This document shows, in pieces, positions 56,813 to 64,000 of a DNA stretch of 64,000 nucleotides. This DNA comes from Deltaproteobacteria bacterium (GTDB lineage Bacteria > Desulfobacterota > Deferrimicrobia > Deferrimicrobiales > Deferrimicrobiaceae). Under the pieces are notes generated by a model. The model saw only the letters and a program-made list of their open reading frames with translations, did no database searches and was not told the DNA's origin. Numbering within the stretch: the first letter of the stretch is position 1; each line of letters begins with the position of its first letter. A program made the translations under genes and the position numbers. Location of the stretch: positions 1,343 to 65,342 of the forward strand of contig JAKAHC010000004.1 of the NCBI GenBank assembly GCA_021815305.1, read 5' to 3'.

Positions 56813-58134
56813 CGCCCCTCTCCGTCGAGTTCTTTGCCCACCGCCGCTTCGAGGCGGGCCTTTTCCATGTGGAGATCCCCCACCATCGCAGCATATTCCC
56901 GGCGGAAGGAAAGGACCGCCATCACCGAATCCATGAGCATCGGGAAGTCCGCCTTCCCGACGCGGTACGACTCGGCGGTCGCCTGGAACGCCTGCTCCGC
57001 CTGCGGGATGAGCGTGGTCCGGTAGAGAACCGCCGCCTGGTGCCGGCTTTCCAGCGTCGCGAGGGAACGGGCGATGAGGTTCGACGTCTCGAGATCCAGG
57101 TTCGCCAGCTCCCTGGCGGCCATCCCCTTCTCCGCCTCCATCTCCCGGATCCCCGGATCGACCTTCTCCTTCCGCCAGATGGGGAGCGTCATGCCCACCA
57201 TCGAGGAGAACATGTCGGGCCGCCTCGTTCCGTCGGGCATGTTGTCCCGTTGCATGTAGGAGAAGGAAACCTCGAATTCCGGCTTCCCCTCGAGCTTCGC
57301 CATCCGAACCGCGGCGTCTCCCTTCCTGACGCGCTCCTCGGCGGCTTTCCGCGCCGGGCGCGCTTCCTTGTAGATCGCCGTCAGCTCCTCCGGCCGGTAG
57401 GAGGGCGAAAACTCCTTCGGCGCCTCCAGCGGCGGCACGGGACGTTCCGGCGGCAGGGCGGCCAGGGTGTTCAGGCGCACCGAGAGAACCCTTTCCCGGT
57501 TCGCGAGCTCGATCCGCATCTCGCGCATCCGCCCGAACTCCACCTGCCCGCGCAGGACGTCGGGCTGGCTCCCCTTCCCGACGGCATACAACTCCTGCGT
57601 CACTCCCACGATGTCCCTCAGGACGTCCTGCGACCTGCGGACCGCCTCCGCCTGCCGCCGTACCGAGGCAAGCTCCGCGTAGGTCATCTTGATGTCCGTC
57701 CGGAGCATGTTCCGCATCTCCTCGAGAGTGAACTCCGCCTCTTCCTTCTCGCGGAGCGCGATCTCCGTGCGGGTCTTCCGCATCCCGGGCCACGGGAACA
57801 TCTGGGAGAGGCCGATCTCCTTGCTGGTCATGTCCTCCTGTCGGAAGCTCCATGTGCGGATCGGAACGCTGTTCACGCCGACGAACAGCTTCGGGTCGTC
57901 GAGGGCCCCGGCCTTCACGGCGGCGTTCTCCTTCGCCCGAATCCGCTCCCGCATCGCCGAAAGCGACGGATTGCCCGCAAGGGCGGCGTCGATGTAGTAA
58001 GCCGCCGGACGTGGCCGCTCCTCCGCCCGGGCAATCCCTCCCCAAACCGGCACGCCCAGCATCAGGAGAAGGGCGATCCCCCGCCGCGCCCATGCCCGGC
58101 CGAATCCCGCCGCCGGATGGCATATCATCGACAT
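56809..58134 (-). CDS. cusC: Outer-membrane efflux protein (TolC/CusC family)
   Basis: Signal peptide plus two OEP repeat halves. 441 aa. Confidence 0.85.
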   Translation of the reverse strand: MSMICHPAAGFGRAWARRGIALLLMLGVPVWGGIARAEERPRPAAYYIDAALAGNPSLSAMRERIRAKENAAVKAGALDDPKLFVGVNSVPIRTWSFRQEDMTSKEIGLSQMFPWPGMRKTRTEIALREKEEAEFTLEEMRNMLRTDIKMTYAELASVRRQAEAVRRSQDVLRDIVGVTQELYAVGKGSQPDVLRGQVEFGRMREMRIELANRERVLSVRLNTLAALPPERPVPPLEAPKEFSPSYRPEELTAIYKEARPARKAAEERVRKGDAAVRMAKLEGKPEFEVSFSYMQRDNMPDGTRRPDMFSSMVGMTLPIWRKEKVDPGIREMEAEKGMAARELANLDLETSNLIARSLATLESRHQAAVLYRTTLIPQAEQAFQATAESYRVGKADFPMLMDSVMAVLSFRREYAAMVGDLHMEKARLEAAVGKELDGEGR

Positions 58135-58195
58135 TCGCCCCGGTTCCTTTCCCTTTCGTGCCCGCCGCTCATGAATTTACCTTATTTTATATACG

Positions 58196-58215
58196 ATGCC
58201 CATCGGCGCGGGCAT
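58196..58215. promoter_or_regulatory. Dyad ATGCCC-N8-GGGCAT next to an AT-rich TATATAAAAT box, upstream of the TolC-family gene
   Basis: Perfect 6-bp inverted repeat with 8-bp spacer, adjacent to the only AT-rich stretch of the intergenic region. Confidence 0.3.
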
Positions 58216-58264
58216 GAGCCTCACCACGTTCCTTGTGCCGGCGCATCGTTACCCCACTCCGCGA

Positions 58265-58522
58265 TCATTTGCCGGACGCCGGCGGGCAGCAGCCGCTTCC
58301 GGCTCCGCATCCGCTCCCGGCCGCCCCCGGCGCCCCTGCCTGATCCGTCCGGAAAACGCCGGAGCCGCCCAGAAGCAGCGTCGCCGTCACCGACAGGACC
58401 ACCGCGACGAGGCTGGAAAGCACCCATACCCTCCAGCTTGGCCCGTGGCGGCCTTCCTCCCCGGGCTGATCCCCGGCCGCGCCCGGTTCCACCTCTCCCT
58501 GCAGCCCCTTTTCCCCTTCCAT
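58265..58522 (-). CDS. Small single-TM protein with C-terminal Cys motif (paralogue 1 of 2)
   Basis: 85 aa: an acidic/Gly-rich N-terminus, GPSWRVWVLSSLVAVVLSVTATLLLGGSG, then the tail GSGCGAGSGCC. It starts 33 nt after the ABC ATPase stop. Confidence 0.5.
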   Translation of the reverse strand: MEGEKGLQGEVEPGAAGDQPGEEGRHGPSWRVWVLSSLVAVVLSVTATLLLGGSGVFRTDQAGAPGAAGSGCGAGSGCCPPASGK

Positions 58523-58555
58523 CGCCCCGTCCTTTCTTCGTCCGCCGACCTGCGC

Positions 58556-59269
58556 TCAGACCGCCGCCGGACCCGCGGGGAGAAACCGCAACGCCCGGTC
58601 TTCCTCGACCTGCCCGTCGCGCAACCGGAGAGACCGCGTGGCCCGCGCAAGGTTCGCCGGGTTGTGGGTTACCATCAGGACCGTCTTCCCCCGCGCATTC
58701 CATTCCGAGAACAGGTCGAGGATCTGCTCACCGCTCGCCGTGTCGAGGTTTCCGGTCGGCTCATCCGCGAGCAGAACGGAAGGGTCGTGGACCAGGGCAC
58801 GGGCGATCGCAACGCGCTGGCATTCCCCCCCGGAGAGCTCCGAGGGAAGCCGGTGCTCCTTTCCGGAGAGCCCCACGGATGCGAGCAGCGCATTCGCCTT
58901 CTCCTCCTTTTCTCCCGAGCCCATGCGTACGGGAGACATCGGGACCATCACGTTTTCCCGCGCCGTGAGATACGGAAGGAGGTTGTACGCCTGGAAGACG
59001 AACCCGATGGATTCCCTGCGAAGATCGGCAAGCTGATCTTGCGTAAGGGAACGCGCGTCCACGCCGTCGAACCGTACCGACCCCGAAGTGGGAACCTGGA
59101 GACCCCCGAGAATCGTGAGCAGCGTGCTCTTGCCCGCCCCGGACTCGCCGGTGATCCCCACGTACTCCCCTTTTTCGATCGACAAGGTGATGCCGCGAAG
59201 CGCCGCCGCGCTCGTCCCGTTGTCGCCGTAGAGCATCGCGACGCTTTCCAGCCGGATCAAGGGTTCCAT
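58556..59269 (-). CDS. ABC transporter ATP-binding protein (MacB/LolD-like)
   Basis: Walker A GESGAGKST, signature LSGGECQRVAIARAL, Walker B LLADEPTGNLD. Confidence 0.85.
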   Translation of the reverse strand: MEPLIRLESVAMLYGDNGTSAAALRGITLSIEKGEYVGITGESGAGKSTLLTILGGLQVPTSGSVRFDGVDARSLTQDQLADLRRESIGFVFQAYNLLPYLTARENVMVPMSPVRMGSGEKEEKANALLASVGLSGKEHRLPSELSGGECQRVAIARALVHDPSVLLADEPTGNLDTASGEQILDLFSEWNARGKTVLMVTHNPANLARATRSLRLRDGQVEEDRALRFLPAGPAAV

Positions 59270-59283
59270 CGTTTCTCCTGATC

Positions 59284-60435
59284 TTACAGGCTGCGGATCG
59301 CCGCTGTCGGAGAGAGCGCCGCCGCCTTGCGAGCTGGCGGCACGGCGCCGAGCAACCCCAGGGCCATCCCGATCGCCACACCGAGGATTGCGGGTGGCAA
59401 CGCCGCTCCGGTCCTCGCCATCCCGAAAAGGGGCGCCACCAGGATTGCCGCCGCAATGCCGATCGACGCTCCCGTGACGGAGGAAATCAAGGAGATCCAC
59501 CCGGTCTCCCAGAGGAGAAGGGAGAGGATCGCCTTCCGTCGGAACCCCACGGCCCGCAGCACTCCGATCTCCCGGGTTCGCTCCTGAACGCTCCCCATCA
59601 CGGTGACAAATACCATCAGCCCCCCGATGGCCAGGACGATGGCCGAGACCCCGAGCCCCAGCCTGCGGAACTGGTCGACTGCCGCCTTGCGGCTTTCCAC
59701 CACCTGGCGGATCGCCGAGACCCGCGCCCCGGGGAGAGCCCCCCCGATCTGGGTCACGATGTCTTCCACCGGGCAATCCTTGCAAAGGGCCGCCACCTCG
59801 TAGAACGTCACCGCCCCGGGTTTCCTTGCCAGCGCCTGCACATCGTCGATTCCCGAAATCACCATCCCGTCTTCCTTCTCCCCCGTGGGTGCGAGCGCCC
59901 CGGCCACGCGGAACGTCCTGCCCCCGGAGGTCACGGTCCCCCCGGGACCCATATCCAGACGCGCCGCCGCTTCGGATCCCAGGAGGACCTCCCCTTTCCC
60001 GAGCTTCATCGAGCCCGACGCCTTCCACCACGGACGCGCCGAAGGGATCTCCTGCGCAGGCATCCCCATCCACACGATATCCTTCCCCGACGCATCGGCC
60101 GCGGTCAGGAAGAACGGGACGACGAGCCGCAGCCGCTCCTTGAGGGGGATGGAGCGGATCGCCTTCTCGTCTTCCATCGTCAGTTTGGCGCGGGCCACCT
60201 GCGTGCCCCCGAGAGAGATGTCGCCAAAACCCAGGGAGAGTTCGTCCGTCCGGGGGACCACAAGGATATTCGCCCCGAACCGGTCAAGCTTGTCCTGCAC
60301 CGCCTGCCGCATCTGGCCGGTAAGCGACGCCAGGGCCACGAAGGTCCCGATCCCCAGGAAGATCCCCAACCCTGTGAACAGTGCGCGGGATTTGCGCCGC
60401 AAGAGGTTCTTCCAAGCCAACTTCCGGATATTCAT
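59284..60435 (-). CDS. ABC transporter permease, FtsX-like (MacB/LolE-like)
   Basis: N-terminal TM helix, a large periplasmic domain and a C-terminal FtsX three-helix bundle. Start chosen at MNIRKLAWKNLLRRK. Confidence 0.8.
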   Translation of the reverse strand: MNIRKLAWKNLLRRKSRALFTGLGIFLGIGTFVALASLTGQMRQAVQDKLDRFGANILVVPRTDELSLGFGDISLGGTQVARAKLTMEDEKAIRSIPLKERLRLVVPFFLTAADASGKDIVWMGMPAQEIPSARPWWKASGSMKLGKGEVLLGSEAAARLDMGPGGTVTSGGRTFRVAGALAPTGEKEDGMVISGIDDVQALARKPGAVTFYEVAALCKDCPVEDIVTQIGGALPGARVSAIRQVVESRKAAVDQFRRLGLGVSAIVLAIGGLMVFVTVMGSVQERTREIGVLRAVGFRRKAILSLLLWETGWISLISSVTGASIGIAAAILVAPLFGMARTGAALPPAILGVAIGMALGLLGAVPPARKAAALSPTAAIRSL

Positions 60436-60440
60436 TTCGG

Positions 60441-60947
60441 TCAGACCCGCTTCCCGGGGAAGTAATCCTTTCCCGCCCGGATGTCGCCCTTCTCGATCAC
60501 GAGGAAACCGCCGTCCACCCTGCGGGCCAGCGGGTGGGGGTTGCACCCTCCCTTGATCTCACCGATCCGGTCGGAGGGGAACGTCTGCCCGCAGTTGTTG
60601 CACACCACGAGGTCCCCTTCCTGCCGGTAGCCGCGGTTTTTCCCGAAGCAGACGTCGCAGGCATCGAGGGCGGCGCGGTACGCGCCGTCCGAACCCCTCA
60701 GGGCGAAATAGTAAAGCTTGCGTCCATCGAACTCCGTTTCGAGGAAGAGCACTTTCCCGGAGGCGAGAGCGGTGAGGGGAATTTTCACCTGGTCCTCGGT
60801 TTCCGACACCCCCGCCGATTTCGCCGCATCTGCGGGTGATTTTTTGAAGATTCCGTCCAGCAATCCCGCCTGAGTCGCGATGGCGATGGCGGCAGACAGA
60901 AGGATCCCGATGCCGATCCCTGCCCTCAAGCCGTGGTTCTTTTTCAT
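60441..60947 (-). CDS. DUF2318-like membrane protein with CxxC ... CxxC motifs
   Basis: N-terminal TM helix, then CDVCFGK and CNNCGQ pairs. The start was chosen at the Met about 30 nt downstream of the sigma54 promoter. Confidence 0.6.
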   Translation of the reverse strand: MKKNHGLRAGIGIGILLSAAIAIATQAGLLDGIFKKSPADAAKSAGVSETEDQVKIPLTALASGKVLFLETEFDGRKLYYFALRGSDGAYRAALDACDVCFGKNRGYRQEGDLVVCNNCGQTFPSDRIGEIKGGCNPHPLARRVDGGFLVIEKGDIRAGKDYFPGKRV

Positions 60948-60987
60948 TCCGAACCAACCTCCGGGAGTGTAGTGTCGGGCCAACCCT

Positions 60988-61003
60988 TGCACCGGCCGTG
61001 CCA
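60988..61003 (-). promoter_or_regulatory. Sigma54 (-24/-12) promoter
   Basis: Minus strand reads TGGCACG-GCCG-GTGCA, with the consensus GG and GC at correct spacing. It lies 150 nt downstream of the sigma54 response-regulator gene and about 40 nt upstream of the DUF2318 start. Confidence 0.6.
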
Positions 61004-61151
61004 CTCGTTTCAAGCAGCCCCAATCCGTTGGAATGAAACACGTATAGCAGCCGGCCCTGCGTTCCTCAAGGTTCTTGCGGCCTGTGGATTGGGGAATATT
61101 CTTCAGGTGGATGGAGAGTATCCGTCAGGGACTTCGGGCGTTCTTCTTTCC

Positions 61152-62528
61152 TCATCCTCCCCGTTCGATCCCGTATTTCTCCAACCGGTAGACCAGTACG
61201 TGTCTCGGTATCCGAAGATAGAGAGCCGCCTGGGTGATATTGCCCCTTTTCAACCGGAGTGCCCTCTCGATCACTTTCCTCTCCAGGTCCACCAGCGAAA
61301 GCCCCTCGGGTGGCAGGGGCGGCCAGTCTTCGGTGCCGTGTTCACCCCCCATGGAAGATCCGTCCGGTGGGGGTGACCCGGGAAGAGGGGGAAGATCTTC
61401 CATGGAGATTTCCTTCCCCCGGCACAGGATCACCATCCTCTCGCAGGCGTTTTTGAGCTCTCTCACGTTTCCCGGCCAGGAGCGGGAACAGAGTTTCTCC
61501 ATGACTTGGGGCGGCACGACCAGTTCCCTGCCCTCGGCCAATCCTTTGATGAAACGTTCCGCCAAGAGGGGGATATCTTCTTTCCTCTCCCGCAGAGGAG
61601 GAACGCGTAGTTCCACCACATTGAGCCTGTAATACAAGTCCTCCCGAAACCCCCCCTCCCGGATTCGGTCCTGCAGGTCCCTGTTCGTGGCGGTGAGGAT
61701 CCTGACATCCACGGGAACCGGCACATCGCTACCGACCGCATCCACCACTTTTTCCTGAAGGACGCGCAGGAGTTTCGCCTGCAGGGAAAGGGGGATTTCT
61801 CCGATTTCATCGAGAAAGAGCGTTCCGCCCTCCGCCTGCCGGAAGCGACCGGAACGATCGCGAACCGCGCCGGTGAACGCACCACGGGCGTGTCCGAAGA
61901 GCTCCGATTCCAGAAGTTCTCCAGGGATGGCGGCACAGTTGACCGCCACAAACGGATTTTCCCCCCGCGTCGATCGGACATGGATGCGCCGCGCGATCAA
62001 TTCCTTTCCCGTCCCGCTCTCGCCGGTGATCAGGATCGTGGCATCTGTGGCCGCCACCCGGTCGGCCATTTCCAGGACGCGATGCATCGCGGCGGAGGCG
62101 CAGACGATCTCGCGCGCCACCCCGCTCGTACGGTTCCGCAGTTCCCGTACTTCCTCGGTCAGGCGCAACCGTTCGAGCGCTTTTCCGACCGCCAGGAGCA
62201 GTTGGTCCCGGTGAAACGGCTTCCCGATGAAATCGTAAGCTCCCGCCTTCATCGCTTCGACCGCCGTTTCCACGTTGCCGAAGGCGGTAATGACGAGAAC
62301 GGGGACGTCCGGAGCCTGCTTGCGGACCCGCCGCAGGACCTCCATCCCGGAAATCCCCGGCATCTTGATATCGGTAACGACCAGATCGAACTTCGTCGAG
62401 GAGAACAGCGAGAGCCCCTCCCCCCCGTCGGAGGCTGCGGCCACCTCGTAACCTGCCTTCCGCAGATTGAAGAGGGCCACCTCCCGCCCTGCCGGGTCAT
62501 CATCGATGAAGAGGATGTTCGAACTCAT
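61152..62528 (-). CDS. Sigma54-dependent two-component response regulator (NtrC family)
   Basis: Receiver (ILFIDDD..LVVTDIKMPG..KAGAYDF), AAA+ (GESGTGKE..GAFTGA..) and a C-terminal HTH. No histidine kinase gene is adjacent. Confidence 0.9.
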   Translation of the reverse strand: MSSNILFIDDDPAGREVALFNLRKAGYEVAAASDGGEGLSLFSSTKFDLVVTDIKMPGISGMEVLRRVRKQAPDVPVLVITAFGNVETAVEAMKAGAYDFIGKPFHRDQLLLAVGKALERLRLTEEVRELRNRTSGVAREIVCASAAMHRVLEMADRVAATDATILITGESGTGKELIARRIHVRSTRGENPFVAVNCAAIPGELLESELFGHARGAFTGAVRDRSGRFRQAEGGTLFLDEIGEIPLSLQAKLLRVLQEKVVDAVGSDVPVPVDVRILTATNRDLQDRIREGGFREDLYYRLNVVELRVPPLRERKEDIPLLAERFIKGLAEGRELVVPPQVMEKLCSRSWPGNVRELKNACERMVILCRGKEISMEDLPPLPGSPPPDGSSMGGEHGTEDWPPLPPEGLSLVDLERKVIERALRLKRGNITQAALYLRIPRHVLVYRLEKYGIERGG

Positions 62529-62782
62529 CTCCCGGGCTTCGCTTCCCCGCCGGAAGGGTGCAGGCATTCCCCCCCTCCGCATCCCTGTCGGACCGTAGCG
62601 AGTTTCCTTTCATGGGATCCCCCAAGCAGGAACGTTACGGTCACCGAAAGAATCACGGCAACGATGATGGAGATCACCCAGCCTCTCCAGGAGGGGGGCG
62701 GGTATCCCTTCCCGCCATGAAAATCTCCGCCGGATGCGGACTCGTCCACCAGGCGAGCATTTCGTTCTCTTCCCGTCTCCAT
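62525..62782 (-). CDS. Small single-TM protein with C-terminal Cys motif (paralogue 2 of 2)
   Basis: 85 aa: PPPSWRGWVISIIVAVILSVTVTFLLGGS plus the tail QGCGGGEC. Its stop overlaps the response-regulator ATG (ATGA). Confidence 0.5.
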   Translation of the reverse strand: METGRERNARLVDESASGGDFHGGKGYPPPSWRGWVISIIVAVILSVTVTFLLGGSHERKLATVRQGCGGGECLHPSGGEAKPGR

Positions 62783-62787
62783 CTTCC

Positions 62788-63456
62788 TCACCGTTCCTGT
62801 GACGCCCCGGACTCGTCCGTTCGCGGCGTGAACCGCGGAAGGAACGGGGGGGTGCGGGCGCTGTAGGCGTCCCACTCGGTCCCGAAGAACGTTTTCGCTT
62901 CCTTCTCCTCCCGTCGGGCCAGCTTCACGTACATCGTCACCAGGATCGGGAACATCAACAGCGTCAGCAGCGTCGGCCATTGCACGAGAAACCCCGCCAG
63001 GATCGTTATGAACCCGATGTACTGCGGATGGCGAACATGGGCATAAGGGCCCGTTGTGGCGAGCCGCCGCTCCCGTTGTGCCGCGTAGAGCACTTTCCAT
63101 GCGGAGTAAAGGATCAGGAACCCCGCCAGGATCAGGAGGTTGCTGAGGATGTGGATCGGATTCAGGTGTGGGTCGCCCTTGAAACCGAGGAGAGTGTTCC
63201 AGAGATGCCCCGACTCGTGGGAGTACAGGTTGAGCTTGGGATACCGGGTTTGGAGCCATCCGGACAACAGGTAGATCGTCAGCGGGAATCCGTACATCTC
63301 GGCGAAGAGCGCCACGATAAAAGCGGAGAATGCCCCGAAAGACCTCCAGTCACGACGGGTCGCGGGCTTCGTGAAACTGAACGCGAAGAGGATGAAAACC
63401 GCCGAATTGATCAGGACAAGCGCCCACAGTCCGTAGGAGGAAGCGTCGTGTTTCAT
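62788..63456 (-). CDS. Isoprenylcysteine carboxyl methyltransferase (ICMT/PEMT) family membrane methyltransferase
   Basis: GPYAHVRHPQYIGF signature and multiple TM helices. Confidence 0.75.
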   Translation of the reverse strand: MKHDASSYGLWALVLINSAVFILFAFSFTKPATRRDWRSFGAFSAFIVALFAEMYGFPLTIYLLSGWLQTRYPKLNLYSHESGHLWNTLLGFKGDPHLNPIHILSNLLILAGFLILYSAWKVLYAAQRERRLATTGPYAHVRHPQYIGFITILAGFLVQWPTLLTLLMFPILVTMYVKLARREEKEAKTFFGTEWDAYSARTPPFLPRFTPRTDESGASQER

Positions 63457-63746
63457 TGGGATCCTCCCTGTCCGTGGTTTCCGTGCGACACCGAGTGGTT
63501 CTCCTCGCCGGGCGCGCCACCCCCGCCGTCTCCGTGCCCGTGGCCGCCGTGCATGAAGAGGTGGATCACCGGGCATGCCAGGAGAAGCACCCACGGAAGC
63601 GCCCCCAGGAGGTGGGCCCTATGCTCCTCCCACAGGAAAAACGTTGCGATACCCAGGAACGCCGCCAAGGCGATCCCCGCGGGAAGCCGGTAAGAAAAAC
63701 CTTCCGTGGAACGACCCGTCGGATTCACGATAACCTCCTTCGACAA
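63453..63746 (-). CDS. DUF2933-like small membrane protein with His/Gly-rich tail
   Basis: TM helices, then LLLACPVIHLFMHGGHGHGDGGGG..HSVSHGNHGQGG. Its stop overlaps the ICMT ATG. Confidence 0.55.
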   Translation of the reverse strand: MSKEVIVNPTGRSTEGFSYRLPAGIALAAFLGIATFFLWEEHRAHLLGALPWVLLLACPVIHLFMHGGHGHGDGGGGAPGEENHSVSHGNHGQGGSQ

Positions 63747-63780
63747 ATCACCATTTCCCTGAGGCGCACTTTCGCTCTTG

Positions 63781-63990
63781 TTACTTCCTCAGGTCCTCCA
63801 GCCGTCGCATATACTCCTCCCGGTCGATCTCTCCCCGCGCATACCGGCGCTTGAGGAGGACCTCGGGCGACTCATCCGTTTCGGGAAGGCCGCCGCGCTG
63901 CCCGGATACGAGCAACCAGATCACCACGGCTACCAGACCGATGACCAGAACCCAACCGAGCATCATGCTGATTCCCCCCATGTGCGTCAT
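63781..63990 (-). CDS. SHOCT-domain membrane protein
   Basis: N-terminal TM helix plus the C-terminal LKRRYARGEIDREEYMRRLEDL SHOCT pattern. Confidence 0.65.
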   Translation of the reverse strand: MTHMGGISMMLGWVLVIGLVAVVIWLLVSGQRGGLPETDESPEVLLKRRYARGEIDREEYMRRLEDLRK

Positions 63991-64000
63991 TCCCTGGCCT

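Overview
High-GC (roughly 65-70%) bacterial chromosomal segment with a strong coding bias to the minus strand. Many gene junctions show stop/start overlaps (ATGA or GTGA), so the high-GC six-frame track contains many spurious overlapping ORFs; these were screened by motif content and by neighbour junctions. Layout from left to right: (1) 1-2151: the right-hand edge of a tRNA-associated integrative element. It holds a 5'-truncated tyrosine integrase, an AT-rich DUF3800-like cargo gene, an orphan promoter-plus-terminator unit that looks like a small RNA, and tRNA-Leu(GAG). (2) 2323-4164: a membrane-anchored c-type cytochrome with about 13 haem motifs. (3) 4232-28237: a run of roughly 24 kb, all on the minus strand. 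It carries dinB-lipA-lipB, a 2-oxoacid dehydrogenase cluster with two E2 genes plus E3 plus E1 alpha/beta, an Fe-type alcohol dehydrogenase, a 4-hydroxybutyryl-CoA dehydratase (HpaB family) enzyme, an AMP-forming CoA ligase, an SDR, a Liv-type ABC importer, a sigma54 promoter, a sigma54 enhancer-binding protein with three PAS domains, a second E1 alpha/beta pair and a family III CoA-transferase. (4) 28281-47505: housekeeping genes (LpxH-like, RNase E/G, HAD, TldD/PmbA, GNAT, recN, nadK, rarA, ferredoxin, class I fumarase) plus three oddities: a 150-bp nested inverted-repeat element, a MerR-type HTH fused to a CoA-transferase behind a palindromic promoter, and a large orphan secreted protein. 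(5) 47443-63990: a hybrid histidine kinase, an orphan GspG-like pseudopilin and a metal-homeostasis super-locus. The super-locus holds a Met/His-rich periplasmic protein, a secreted hypothetical, CusCBA-like HME-RND efflux genes, a DUF2318 / FtsX / ABC ATPase operon behind a clear sigma54 promoter, a sigma54 NtrC-type response regulator with no adjacent kinase, an ICMT-like methyltransferase, a DUF2933-like His-rich protein and a SHOCT protein. The most unusual signal is a pair of paralogous 85-aa single-TM proteins with a Cys-motif tail. One is translationally coupled to the sigma54 regulator and the other sits between the ABC operon and the Cus-like genes. Family assignments come from motif recognition by eye, with no database search.
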